DNA from: Callorhinchus milii
Lineage: Eukaryota
Length of the DNA stretch: 64,000 nt
Direction: 5' to 3'
NCBI RefSeq assembly: GCF_018977255.1
Contig: NW_024704742.1
Location: 136,092,001-136,156,000 of the forward strand
Made by a program: the position numbers and the translations under genes. Below, piece after piece: positions 12,118 to 25,201 of the stretch (positions within the stretch are counted from its first letter, which is position 1; every line of letters begins with the position of its first letter). The notes under the pieces were generated by a model. It was not told the origin of the DNA, did not search any database, and was given only the letters and a program-made list of their open reading frames with translations.

Positions 12118-12445
12118 TGGAGTGACTGTGCATTTTGTAAGTAACTGCGGCAGTTAATTTGTGCACAGCAAAGTCCCATATAGATCCGTCAAGTGAATGA
12201 TCGATTTTATTTGGGGGATTGTTAGTCAGGACATCGAGAGAGAGAAATTCCATTCTCTTTTCCAAGGGATTTTTAAAAGGCACAGATGGTTCCTCAGTTT
12301 AACATCTCATTTGAAGGACAGCACCTCTGACAACGTGACACCCCCATCACTGCACTGGAGTATCAACCTGGACTCTCTGACATAGGGATTGAACCCACAA
12401 CCTTCTAATTCTGGGGTTAAGAGCAGACGAGGTTGAGCCAGGCTG
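12118..12445 (-). mobile_element. SINE family B
   Basis: CCTCAGTTTAACATCTCATTTGAAGGACAGCACCTC...GAACCCACAACCTTCT...GAGCCAGGCTGA is the reverse complement of the family B head and centre. Confidence 0.8.
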
Positions 12446-13411
12446 AGAGGATATGGGCTGTCAGTCTGCCTCCCCCTAACCTTCCCCCTCCCTCTCTTAT
12501 AATAATAATAATAATAATAATCTTTGCATTTGATACAGTGCTTTAACACGCGTTTGAGACGCCTCAAAGCGCTTCACTGCAAAGTGAATTAACTGTATAT
12601 TTCGTGGAGGAAACACGGCAGCCAATTGCGCACAGCATGGATTGAGGGACCAATTTTTTTTAAAAAAGGGATTATTACCCCCGGAAAAGCAATCCGCCAA
12701 TCGACTAACCCTTCTCTCTTCCCGCTGTCCCAACATTGGAGCTTTAAGCCTCACTCAATCCTGACAGGACTTACACTGAGCAGAGGGAAAGACACAATCA
12801 ATCTCTATTGGAAAATACCAGAGGCATGAATATTAAACGAGTGCTCCAAATGCACTTTTTAAAAAAAAAAAAGTGGGTCTATAAAACAAGTTGACTGACA
12901 TTGGGGCTCCAGCGCAAAGGGTCCGTTGAGGTTTGTGGGCTGAGCTAGTCTCGTCTTATTGATGTAAAGGACTTTGGGGGTTGAGAGGTGGAGTTCTCAC
13001 TGCAGAGTTGTGATGGTGGAGAAAGTACGTGTCTGGGTGCGTGTGTTGAGAGGATTGATAAGAAAAGAGAAGGGAGTTTCTCTCTCTCTCTCTCACTCTC
13101 TCTCTCAGTGTCCTGGCTCACAATACCCCCGATACAATCGGTCGTTCACTTGACTATTACGTTCACCCACAAAATACACAAAACTTCACAGTAAAAACTC
13201 GCAAAGTGCTTTGTGAACGTCTCAACGGTGCGATAAAGCGCTGCGTCAAATTTATGGTGAGCATCCTCAGTAAAAAAATAATTTAAAAAAAACATTAAAA
13301 AAATGAATCAAGAAAATTGGTCGCTCAATCCCCGACGGTTTGTGAGTGACTGCTCTGTGCAATTGGCTGCCACGTTTCGCTCACGAAATACAATGCAATA
13401 TGACGTTATAT

Positions 13412-13594
13412 AATAATAATAATAATAATCCTTGCATTTGATATAGCATCTTATCACATCTTCGAGACTTACTGCCCAGTAAACAGAGGCTTGTGGAGTG
13501 AGGAACCTTGCCCAATGTTTCGCCCGGCCCGGGAATCAAACCCAAGTCTCTCGCTTGCGAGGCGAGTGCTCTAACCACCGGGCCAGAGGACTCC
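13412..13594 (-). mobile_element. SINE family A, internally deleted
   Basis: Tail is joined directly to the CORE-like centre and head. Confidence 0.82.
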
Positions 13595-14334
13595 ATATCA
13601 AATGCAAGGATGATTATTATTATTAATAATATAATAAAAAAGTTTGAGATCAGACCAAGGGTAAGAGAAGCAAACTGTCCTCTTTCCTCCCAGGTCTGTG
13701 AAGCTCTGCTCAGAGATGGTAGCGATAACTCAAGTCCCCGGGCATCAGCCCTTTAGCCTTAACCATCTCCAAGCAGTCAGCCTGTCACTGCGAGTTGATG
13801 TCTGTCGTCCTTTTGTCTTGGAGGAGGCAGTGTTGTTGTTGGGGGGGGGAGTGGGGGGATGCTGTGGGGGAGAGGGGAGAGTCACAGATGCTCACTTGCA
13901 GCCCACCAACCGATGTTACTGACAGGAGCCGATGAGCCCCTCAGTCTAGCCTTGATGGAATGAGTGTCCGATGCCACGCTCGGCAGTCCTAAGGCTGCTA
14001 TTTATTACTCTGGAGGGATGGGAGTCGTGACTTAAGTATTATTCATGATAATAAAACATTGTTTGATACAGCGCCTTTCATGTCAGGAGGACGTCTCAAA
14101 GCGCCTAATTCAACTGTCTGAGCACCAGCTGAGCCGAGTTGGGGGGGTGGGGAGCCGGGGACGAGGGGGGAGGAGGGGTGAGAGAGGCCCAAAGCATATT
14201 ATAACAGGCAAATTATAATTAGAATTCCCTGTATTTGATACAGCACCGAGGAACATTTCCAGGTGCATCTCACGGAATTACTGTCAATGAAGGGACTATG
14301 GATTTTGTTGGCAAACGCAGCAGTCAATCTGTGC

Positions 14335-15368
14335 ACATACACACACAGAGAGACACGTGCACACAAACACAGACACGCACACACAAACACAGACACGCAC
14401 ATACAAACAGAGACACGCACACACAGACACAGATACGCACACAAAGACAGACACACGCACACAAACACAGACACATACACACAGAGACACGAACACACAA
14501 CCACAGACACGCACACAGACAGAGACACGCGCACACAGACAGACACGCGCACACAGACAGAGACACGCGCACACAGACAGAGACACGCGCACACAGACAT
14601 ACGCACACAGACACACGCACACAAACACAGACACGCGCACACAGACACAGACACGCGCACACAAACACAGACACGCGCACACAAACACAGACAGGCGCAC
14701 ACAAACACAGACACGCGCACACACACACAGACACGCGCACACAAACACAGACACGCGCACACAAACACAGACACGCGCACACAAACACAGACACGCGCAC
14801 ACAAACACAGACACGCGCACACAAACACAGACACGCGCACACAAACACACGCACACAAACACACCCACACAAACACAGACATGCGCACACAGACACGTAC
14901 ACATAAACGGAGACACGCGCACACAAACACAGGCACGCACGCACAAACAGAGACACGCACACAAACAGACACGCGCACACAGGAGACTTGTACGCACAGC
15001 GACGCACACACAAACAAGCGCACTCAAACAGACACGTGCACACAAACAGCAACGCACACACAAACAGAGACAAGTACGCACAAACAGAGACACGTGCACA
15101 CAGAGACGTACACACAAACAGACACGCGCACACAAACAGAAACGCACACACAAACAGAGACAAGTACGCACAAACAGAGACACGTGCACACAGAGACGTA
15201 CACACAAACAGACACGCGCACACAAACAGACACATGCACACAAACAGAGACCCACACACAAAGGCATAGACCAGTGCACACGTGCACACACACACACGCA
15301 AACAGACACACACATACACACAGATAGACACACACACACACACACACCCAAATAGACACACACACACA
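14335..15368. repeat. CA-rich minisatellite, ~20-bp unit ACAAACACAGACACGCGCAC
   Basis: A regular 20-nt period is visible at 14620-14850; source of many spurious ORFs. Confidence 0.95.
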
Positions 15369-16177
15369 TTTAACCTGAGGATTGTTGGACCGGAGAGAAG
15401 GAAAAACTTCCTTTTTTTTGGCCCCCTATAGTGTAGCAGATCTTACAGTGAAGACCAAACAACATGGTGACTTCAGTGTTAATGTCTGATCCAAAGGACG
15501 GGCTCTGACGTGGGGCTTTGACCCAGCGATTGCCTGACCCAGAGGTGAAAGTGCAACAAGCGAGCCTGACATCCAAACATCTGAATAATGGTCACAATCC
15601 TTTGCAACTGATACAGCGCCTTATCACGTCGTCGAGACGCCTCAAAGCGCTTCACAGAATATACCGCAAAGCGAATTGACCGCGTACTTTGCGGGCAAGC
15701 AGCAAGAGACCGGAGGGGAGAAACAAAAACAAACACGGGGAATAAATAGGTGGCGAATTTGAGTCAATGGGGCTGAAGCGCGTGAGTGTCTCCATCTCTT
15801 GTTTGTGAGGGCTTTACAAGATGCTTTTAAATATATTATGTCTGGATTAGAGGTTCAGGGTCTGGAGTTGGAGGAGCGGGGGGTTGGGGGGAGGGAAACA
15901 ACAGAGGGGAGAGTTCAATTAATCATTTCTTACTTGAGGTGCCCTTTAACCACCCAGCTGGTGAGAGTCGTAACACAGCTGTCGGGATCCCACTGAGCTG
16001 GGAGAAAATAGTCCATGCTTCGTTCACCAACTGTTCCTGGTGCACATAAATGGATTCACGGGCTCAGTGCGGGGTATTTATGCGTTGCAGATGCACCGAG
16101 CTGGGGAGAGGGGCAGGAGGAGGGGAAGGGTGCGTATGCATCTGGGCCAATCAGTGGCAAGTGAAGTTTAAGATAGT

Positions 16178-16467
16178 TAATAATAATAATAATAATAATA
16201 CTTGTATTTGAAATAGCGGCCAATTGCGCACAGCGGTGTCCCACAAACAGTCGTGGATGGAGTGACCACATTTATTTATTTTGGAGGGATTATTACCCCT
16301 GGAAAGCGATCTGCTAATCAACTAACAACTGGGTTCCTACTTACCGCTGGTTAAACAGAGGCGTGTGGATTAAGGAAACTTGCTTAAGGTGTCACCCTGC
16401 CGGGAAATCAAACCCGTGTCCTCTCGCTTGCGAGGCGAGCGAGCTAACCACTACACTTTGGGACTCC
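16178..16467 (-). mobile_element. SINE family A
   Basis: (TAA)n tail, centre and tRNA-like head in reverse orientation. Confidence 0.88.
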
Positions 16468-16699
16468 GCATAGAATCCATAATAACGATGACAATTTAAA
16501 TAGCACCTTTCACATCAAGAGGACCTCTCAAAGCTCTTCACAGAGCTGACCAGGAGTCAGCGGGCGAGCTTTCAGTCCGTTGCTTTCTGGGACTCCATCC
16601 CAGAGTCCCTCCGGCTCATACCTTCCATCAAAGCTTGCCTTCAGACCAACTTGGGTTCCCAGTGAAATGCTCTGAAACACCTGTTCACTCTCATCACTG

Positions 16700-17675
16700 A
16701 ACATAGGAACAGGAGGAGGCCACTCAGCCCTTCGAGCCTGTTCCGCCATTTAATTAGATCATGGCTGATCTGTACCTCAACTAATCCTTTCAATTCCAAT
16801 CTCCTGCTTTCTCCCCATATCCCTTCATCCCCTGACCTTCCAAAAACCTATCAACCTCACTCTTGAAGGTATGGATGGATCCAGCATCCACGGCCTTTTG
16901 GGGGAGAGAATTCCAGATTTCTACCACCCTTTGAGTGAAAAAAATCTTCCTGATTTCACTCTTAAACGGCCTGGTTCTAGTTTTAAGACTATGCCACTTG
17001 TTCTAGATTCCCCCACCAGAGAAAATAGCTTCTCTACATCTACCCTATCAAATCCCTTCATTATCTTAAATACCTCAATCGAATCACCCCTTTAAACTCA
17101 AGGGAATACAATCCGAGTTTACGCAGCCTTTCCTCGTAACTTAACCCTTTTAGGCCTGGTAACATTCTGGTGAACCTGCGCTGCATCCCCTTCAGGGCCA
17201 ATATATCTTTCCTGAGGTGTGTTGTTCAAAACTGAACGTAGTCTCCAGATGGGGTCTGACTAACACTCTGTACAGCTGAAGCATCAATTCTTCCCCTTTG
17301 GATTCCAGGCCCTTGAGATAAAGGCCAACATTCAATTCGCCTTTTTGATCACCTTTTGCACCTGGGAACTAGTTTTTAGTGATGTGTGGATATGGACACC
17401 CAAATCTCTTTGCTCCTCCGCAGTTCTTCATTTCTCCCCATTAAGAAAATATTCTGCTTTATCTTTTTTCGGTCCATAGTGGATGACTTTGCCCACTCAC
17501 TTAATCCGTCTAAGTCCCTTTGTAGCTTCCTACAGCAACGACAAAATTACATTTGCATAGCGCCTTTCATGTCAGGAGGACGCCCCAAGGGAATGATTCC
17601 CATCTACACAATTTACTGAGCCTCCTAGCTTAGTGTCATCTGCAAACGTGGTTATAAAACTTTCTATTCCTTCAC
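16700..17675 (-). mobile_element. CR1 LINE, ~1 kb 5'-truncated, degenerate RT C-terminus; contains a short L2-tail insertion near 17532-17590
   Basis: The minus strand near 17670 reads EGIESFITTFADDTKLGGSV (CR1 FADD motif). Ends in the same tail as 10672-10962. Confidence 0.9.
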
Positions 17676-18617
17676 TTATACCAGCAGTGTTCAATACTAA
17701 CTCACAATCAATGCATTGCTTCTGGGCTCTGAACTCAGATTAAAACTCTTTAGAGTTGTATCCCATTAATACTGGTCCTCGGTTTAGTGTAGCTTTATAA
17801 TGAGGTAAACTTCTGGCGTTGTTTTGACGTGCACGGGACGCGACGTCAGCGCCACTCCCTGAGCGCGACCTGATGGCATAGGCTGTCACGGGACCTGACT
17901 GCATTGGGTGCTATAGCCGTGCTCACGGGGTGGGAGAAGAGAGAGGCTGAGAGAGGAGAGAGGTCAAAAGGAGAGTTCATTAAGGACGCTCAATTAGCGC
18001 TAATTAGGAAATAGGATGAAGTGTTTTGAAGTTAGTGTTTCTTGACACACACCACCCCCCCGTCCTTGTGTCAATTCATCCAAGGAACAGGTTAAGAGTC
18101 ACCACACACATTTGGCCCCATCAATCCCAGTTGGAAGGACAATACTCAGACCAACAATCAAACAGTTTTTGACCTTCTCCCCACCCCCAACTACGCCAGG
18201 GTCAGTTCCAGTCTTAACACCTGCCCGACACAGCTGGGCCAGCCAACAGGCTCCTCCATCTGTCACCGGTTTCCCGAGTACTCGAATGGAAATCCTCCCA
18301 GCGTGAAATAGGGATTTCTTTCAATATATTTTTCGTTAGGGCTCGGTGCAGAGAAAGGGAAGTGGGGTTTCTTTCTGAAAAAAAATAGGCCAGAGCAATT
18401 TTGAAGATTTCCCCCAGAGGAGAAATATGTCTCCACCTCAATTTTTCTCTTTCATTCCGAATCCATTGTAACTTTTAAAAATTTGACTGAGTCGGAGGTT
18501 TACGAGTTCAAACACCACTCGTCGGGGACTTTCAGCTCAGAGTCTGGGCTGACCCTGCCTTCGCAATCCAGGGGCAAGCATTGCAGTGTTGGAGATACCA
18601 AGGTCCCATCTGCTTGT

Positions 18618-18984
18618 TAATAATAATAATAGGTAATAATAATAATAATCCTTGGGTTTGATATAGCACTTTGTCGTGTGTTACGACGTCTTAAAGCATT
18701 TGTAAAGTGAATTGACTGAATTTTGTGGGCAAGAAGCGGCAGCCAATTGAGCTGTCACACAAACAGTCGTGGATTGAGGGACAATTTTTTTTTGAAGGGA
18801 TTATTACCCACCGGAAAGTGATCCGCCAATCGACTAATAACCGGGTTCCTACCTACTGCTCGGTGAACACAGGTGTGTCCAGTAAGAAAACTTGCCGAAG
18901 GTTTCGCCCCCTCTGCCTGGGAATCGAACCCAGGTCCTCTCGCTTACGAGGTGAGGGCGCTTGACCACTATGTTACAGGACTCC
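18618..18984 (-). mobile_element. SINE family A, near full length
   Basis: Homology to the other copies. Confidence 0.88.
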
Positions 18985-19699
18985 ACCAAATTAAATTGCT
19001 CATTCACTTGATCGTTGTTTGTACGTGTGGAGGTGGGGGTGGGGGGTGGGGAGTGAGCCTCACTGTGCATCAATTAGTGTTCACCTACAAATGCACGGTC
19101 ACTACACTAGGCAGCATTTAGCGGAGTTTGGATGAGCTGGGGGTGCTGTACGGGATGGGACGCTTGCTATTATTATGGAGAAGAAGGGCACAGTGTGGGG
19201 GTCATTTGCCTTTTAAAATGTCGCTTGAATTTATTCACTGTCGATGCGGCAATAAAACCAGGAGATGAATGGAATTACTGATTAAAGACTAAAAGCTCAC
19301 AGCCAGGGGAATGACTTCACATAAGAATCACTCTCCATATCCACCGGATGATTTAAAAGGCAGCAAAAACTCATCATTAAATAGCCTCATTCAGGAGTTC
19401 AGGCTTTCAGTTACCATGGTCACAGACTTGTGCTATATCTAAAGCCCCCACCCCACCCCCCTGTTCCGATCGGAGCCCTCAGGATCCAGTGGGGAGGATA
19501 TATTAATGATAATCTGTGTGTTTAAATTCCCCATGAGTTCACGTCTGCTTCAAATCCTGGCGGAAATTCCCAGATGGAATTCAATTTATTCAATTCGCCT
19601 TACAGTTTTTTTCTGCGCTTTGAGACGTCTCGAAGACATGATAAGGCGCTGTATCAAATGCAAGGATTATTATTACTAACATTATTATTTACGGCAGAG

Positions 19700-19925
19700 C
19701 AAAGGCGCTCTGGGGTCTCCCCAAGCCTTGGCTCGAGCCAATCTGCGCCTAATACTTTCCGGAATTAGGTAAGCGTCCCTCCAGGGAGAGAGCGCGCATT
19801 CCATTCCCACAATCTATCTCCAGGATTTCCATGTGTAGGTGGGATGCGTGCAATCCTCAGCTTGGTTTGAATGCTCTTAAGCAACGGTGATGGGTTTCCG
19901 CGTGTGTCAAGACACCCGGCTGACC
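19700..19925. mobile_element. Terminal arm of the palindromic foldback element
   Basis: Colinear with 41880-42124, ending in GACACCCGGCTGACC followed by an A run. Confidence 0.85.
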
Positions 19926-20638
19926 AAAAAAAAAACTATCTGGTGACGAGAGGGATTTCTGACCTTGAGCCACATTACTTTAGGAGTTTAAACTTCCTCT
20001 CGAGACCTTCCGGGTTAAAATAGATGGGTCCAACCATTAATAATAACACTAAATCTTCTTTGTGTTTGATACAGAGCTTAGAAAGTTGAGGCGTTGGGGG
20101 GTGGGGAGACGGGGAGGTGTGTTCCCGCAACATCTGTTCCTCTTTCAGTCTCGCCTTTTCAGCTTTCTTTTATCCCTTAAATATCAAAATCTACCACCGC
20201 CTCGGAGAGCAAAGCACAGTACCTCCTCGCAGTATCTCGGCCCTTTTCACACCCCCTACCCCCCACACAAGCGGTCTCAGTGACCCCACAGCCTCAGCAC
20301 AAGTGGTCTGAACTCTCAAAGTGGTCACCAGGGAGCGAGCCACAATCTATGGCTAATAGAGGCCACAAACCCCACTCCTCTTTGTTCGTTCGAGTGTTGT
20401 CTGACCCACTCCCACAGCCTGGGTTTGTTGACTCTGCTCACGTCAGGATTTGTAGGCAAATCTGTGGCTTATCTGCTTTCTTCCCCCCCCCCACCCCCAA
20501 ACCCCCCCACCCCCCCTCCCCCATCCGACACACACCGCCTTCGAACCAGGAGCAACGAGGTTAGGCACCGCTCTTTAAAGAGCAAGCGTATCACTTCACT
20601 GAGCACCAGCACTGAGCTCTGCTCCTCGCTTTAATTAC

Positions 20639-21068
20639 GTGTCAGTCTGGCCCAGTTGGAAACACTCTTGTCTCCGAGACAGAAAGCTGTGGGTTCGAGC
20701 CCCACGTCGGGACTTTGACCTCACATAGTCTAGACTGACACCAAGCGCTTACATTATTGGAGGTGCTGCCCTTTCAGATGAGACGTTAAACTGAGGTTCA
20801 GGTGAACATTAAATATCCCACGGCACAATTCGGGAAGAGAAGGGAGTTTCTCCCGGTGTCCTGCCCAATGATCCAACCGTCTGATAAAATTAGTCATTCA
20901 CTTCACAGCTGTTTGTGGGAAATTCTGTGTCCAAATCGGTTGCCACTACTTTCCGCCCACAAAATACACAGTCAATTCACTTTACCGTATATCCTGTGAA
21001 GCACTTTGAGACATCTCGACGACGTGATATAAGCCGTTATGTCAACTGCAAGGATTATTATTATTATT
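20639..21068 (+). mobile_element. SINE family B (DeuSINE/SacSINE1-like), near full length
   Basis: Head GTGTCAGTCTGGCCCAGTTGG...GTGGGTTCGAGCCCCAC, centre GGAGGTGCTGCCCTTTCAGATGAGACGTTAAACTGAGG, and a tail shared with family A. Confidence 0.85.
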
Positions 21069-21492
21069 GCACTACATAGTAAAATCATGCCAAAAAATCC
21101 TGAAGACGTCCTATTGACAAAAAAAGGGCTTCATCAAATAATAATAAGATTATTTGGATTATTTTTTGATTTAGCACCTTATCACGCCGTTGAGACGTCA
21201 CAAAGCATTTCACAGAATATACTGTAAAGTAAAGTGTCTGTGGGCGAACTGCAAGGATACGTTTACTTTTTGGAAGAAACAGTACATCGTAAGCCATGCT
21301 TAGAAGTGCTGAATAAGGAGTGGGGATGGAAATGTGGGTGTTTAACATCAAACCTGTCAGGAACACGGAAAAAGCAATGAACTATCGAATCCCTCTGATA
21401 ATTCTCTGTGGCAGTCTCACTCCAATATAATTCTACACAAGTCTTTGAAGGCTAAGGCAAATATAAATAGCGTTTATATAGCGCCCTTCAGG

Positions 21493-21802
21493 TAATAATA
21501 ATAATCATTGAATTTAATACAGCGCTTTTCACGTCTTCTAGACGTCAAAACGCTTCACAGAATAGACTGTAAATAAAATTGGATTTTTGTGAGCGAAACG
21601 TGGCAGCCAATTGCGCACTGCAGTATCCCACAAACAGTCGTGGATTAAAGTGACCAATGAATCATTATTATTTTTTTTCTTGAGGGATTATTATCAGGCG
21701 TGCGAAGTAAGGAAACTTGCCCAAGATTTCGCCCTGCCGGGAATCGAACCCAGGTCTCTCGCTTGCGAGGCGAGCGCTCTAAACCACTGAGCTACAGGAC
21801 TC
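21493..21802 (-). mobile_element. SINE family A with well-preserved tRNA-like head
   Basis: The head folds as a cloverleaf and continues into the SINE body. Confidence 0.9.
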
Positions 21803-22764
21803 GACCGCTAATTCTTGAAAAAGAGAGAAAATGGTCTGGTAATGTCTTGGAGCACTTCACAGTGGCGGGGTTGAACACCAAGCAAAGGGGGAGTGGGGTT
21901 GAGGGAGTCAAACAGATAGGTTGAATATAAAGTCAGAGAGAAGGTGGAGGTGTGTGGAGGGATTGAGGTAAGGGGCAATGTTGATTGAAGGCTCGGTCAC
22001 TGATGGTGGCATAAGGAGCTAAGGGTATGCAACCGGTCAGTGTTAGCTGAGCAGAGGGGGCAACTGGACAAGTGGGGTACAGTGAAGAACCTCTAGTCTA
22101 TACAATCACAATATCAGGCAATGAGTCCAAAGAGCCTGTATTAACTGGAGCACGAGAGTGGGGTCCAATGTGTGAAAGCACCACATTTTCAGAGGCGCCA
22201 AGTGAGTCATTAAACCGAGGTCCCGTCTGCCTGTTCAGGTCAACGTTAAAGATAACAGTGATAATAAATAATAATAATAATCCTTGCATTTAATACAGCA
22301 CCTTATCGGGTAGTTGAGATGCCTCAAAGTGCTTCGCAGAATATATTGTAAAGTGAATTGACTATAATAATAACAATTCTTGCATTCGATACAGTGATCT
22401 ATAACATAGTTGAGACGTCTCAAAGTGCTTCGCAGAACGTACTGTAAAGTGGATCGACTGTATTTTGAGGGCGAAACCCGGTAGCTAATTGCGCACAGCA
22501 GCGTCCCACGAGCATTCGTGGATTGAGGGACCAAATTTGTTTTGCTACCGGAAAAGTGTGAGGAAGTTTCTCCCGGGTCCTGGCCAACAACTCCCTGGTA
22601 AAATTATCATTCGCCTCATGGTTGTTTGTGGGACGTTGCTGTATCGACTGCCCATTTTGCCCACAAAATAAACAGTCACTACACTCAACAGCCATTTCCT
22701 GGTGAAGTGCTTTAGTGAGACATTCAGAGGCTGAAGGCGCTATAGCATGGATTATTTATCTCTG

Positions 22765-22912
22765 GGGGTGGATAGCTATTTGTTAGGTCAGGGTATTAAG
22801 GGATATGGGGCAAGGGCGGGTAATTGGAGTTGAGGAACAGATCAGCCATGATCTTATGGAATGGCGGAACAGGCTCGAGGGGCTGAATGGCCTCCTCCTG
22901 CTTCTGTGTTTC
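22765..22912 (+). mobile_element. CR1 3' tail fragment
   Basis: Near-identical to 10820-10962. Confidence 0.85.
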
Positions 22913-23017
22913 TAGGCAACAAGTCTACAGGACCATAACATCCTGACAACCGGGTCCCATCACCCTGGTAATCTCCTAGCAACCACGTCCCGTAACCCTG
23001 GTGATCGCCTTAGCAAC
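22908..23017. promoter_or_regulatory. Cluster of RFX X-box-like motifs in a ~33-bp tandem duplication
   Basis: GTTTCTAGGCAAC 22908, ATCACCCTGGTAAT 22959, ATCTCCTAGCAAC 22971, GTAACCCTGGTGAT 22992, ATCGCCTTAGCAAC 23004. Function not shown. Confidence 0.4.
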
Positions 23018-24194
23018 CAGGTCACGAGACCTGGAAGCAGATTGGGTACCCTTCCCCCTCTCCGGATGTGTGACATGGGGGAGGGGAGGTTTAAAGGGGG
23101 GGGGGTGGGGGTTGGGAGGGGGAGACGACATTATGAGGTAGTGATGTACTGATTATCACAGTGGATACACGGGTTAATCCTGACCACCTCCCGCCCCTGT
23201 TGGCTACTTGAGCAAGGCAGTGGCTTGTCGGATGCCAATCTCCTCCCCCACCCCCCCTCCACCCAAAAAACAACACACACACATCCATCCTCCCCCCTCC
23301 CCAAAGACAAACACACACACACACCAATCCAGCTACGCACAAACACACACCCGCTGCTCACACTCACACACAAACTCATCCCCCCCCTCCGCCCCAAGAC
23401 ACATAATCACATACCTATCCTCCCCACCAAGAGTCACCCACACCCACAATGACACCACATACCCCCCACCCCCCGACACACCCGCGGGCACACTCACACG
23501 AAAACATCACCACGTTAACACATGCACACAGCTCGCTGCCTAGCAAGGAGGGGATAAAATGGCCGGTGAGAGGGTGTGGTGCTGGTTCATACGACCGAGA
23601 GGTGATTGAGCACTCGCACGATCGATCGGAAACCACGCGCCCCCCCATCATCAGAGCCTTAGCACTGCCAAGACACGGCTAAGTTAATATCTAGAGGACT
23701 GGTGTCAGTTCAGGTCACAGCAAACAGCAATGCATTCTCACTTAATATTCAGCTCCACCTCCCCTCCCCCTCCTGAAAACGCACAGACTTTGGATCGACT
23801 GAATCGAACACACACGCACACATCCACACACAACCCTCACCCCCCCTCCCAGTCATGACACCTTCATTTATCACCCTGTATTTGAGCCAAACCCCTCATT
23901 TCCATTCCACAGGAGGTTCCCCAGCACAACCGCTCTCGCTCTCAAAAGCCCATCTCCTCATTAATAATAAATCCTGCGTCTTGTATTTGATATGGATATG
24001 CCTGACTGGCTCCAGCCTCCTGCACGTCCCTTGTGCCCTCCGTTTCGCCGTCAGTGGCCGCACTTTTAACCGCTACCCCCAAGAAAATCTTCCTCTATCC
24101 CTCCGCCTTACCGTTTCGTTACCCCTCCTCAGTTCCCACCTGACGACAGTCCTCTTTGACGGTACTTACAGTCACCTCCCCCTCCCCGGAGTAT

Positions 24195-24372
24195 AACATA
24201 GCTTGCCATTGAATGCACTGTCTGGCAAGCTTTCCCGCTGCTTGTCCAGCTAGGACCACCCTACCCATTAGGGCTTTGGCTTGCAGGAGCTGAGTGGGAT
24301 GACTCCCTGCCCCTCCAGTGACTGGTCTGCCCTTCCAGGTTCTGCCGATGAGCCAGGCTGGGCTGTGCAGTG
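24195..24372. mobile_element. Internal arm fragment of the palindromic foldback element
   Basis: Reverse complement of ~41662-41840. Confidence 0.8.
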
Positions 24373-24877
24373 CCCTGGAATACTGCAGACCCTCATGGCT
24401 CAGGAACCGGACTAGAGACCGTCACAGAGATCTGGCTCGATTGCAGGTTGAAGGGACTCCAGGATGGAGTTCCACAGAACAGAGCAGCCGCTTGCAAAGA
24501 CAGCAAGTGAACAGCAGGTGAGAGTGCAGGTTCTCATATGTTCTTGGCTGGGACGGAGGCAGCAGTACACAATTATAATTTGTGTCTCGCAGTTAATCAG
24601 TCTGACAAATTAGGAGTCGCTCACGGGAACACTGCTGACTGCAGTAACGGACGACAATACATTTCCTGCTTATCTTAACGTTAGTCGGCACAAATTAGCA
24701 ACCGGAATTATTGTCAGAGGTTATGTCCTCAGCACAATCTCTCGTCTCCCACAGGAGAGAGAGGCACAGCACCAGTTTACCAACTAACCAACACCCAACC
24801 CATCCCATCATCGGGAAAGCCGTTAGCCTTAAGGTGACCAGGCAGATGCATTTGGGAACAACAACATGCATTTCCAT

Positions 24878-25201
24878 AACAAGAACAATTTCCTTGCATT
24901 TGATACACCACCTTATCACATCAACGAGACATCTCAAAAGCACTATGCAGCGCAAATTGAATAGACTGTGTATTTTGTGTAGGCGAAACCTGGCAGCCAA
25001 TTGCACACAGCAATTGCAAACAGTCGTGGATTGAGTGGCTGTTCTTAAGGGATTATTACCCCCTGTAAGCGATCGGCCAATCGACTAACAACCGGGTTCC
25101 TACTTACTGCAAGGTAAACAGAGGCGTGTGGAGTAGGGAAACTTGAGTAAGGTTTTGCCCCACCTGGGAATTAAATCCGGGTCCTCTGGTCACAAGACTC
25201 C
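24878..25201 (-). mobile_element. SINE family A
   Basis: Homology to the other copies; head partly deleted. Confidence 0.85.

Noticed and set aside
14199..15369. ORFs of 223-357 aa on both strands
   Set aside because: Translations of a CA-rich minisatellite.
17961..17979. Retinoic acid response element AGGTCA...AGTTCA
   Set aside because: The spacer is 7 nt, not DR1, DR2 or DR5.
23134..23156. let-7-like TGAGGTAGT
   Set aside because: Only the first 9 nt match, and I see no complementary star arm.
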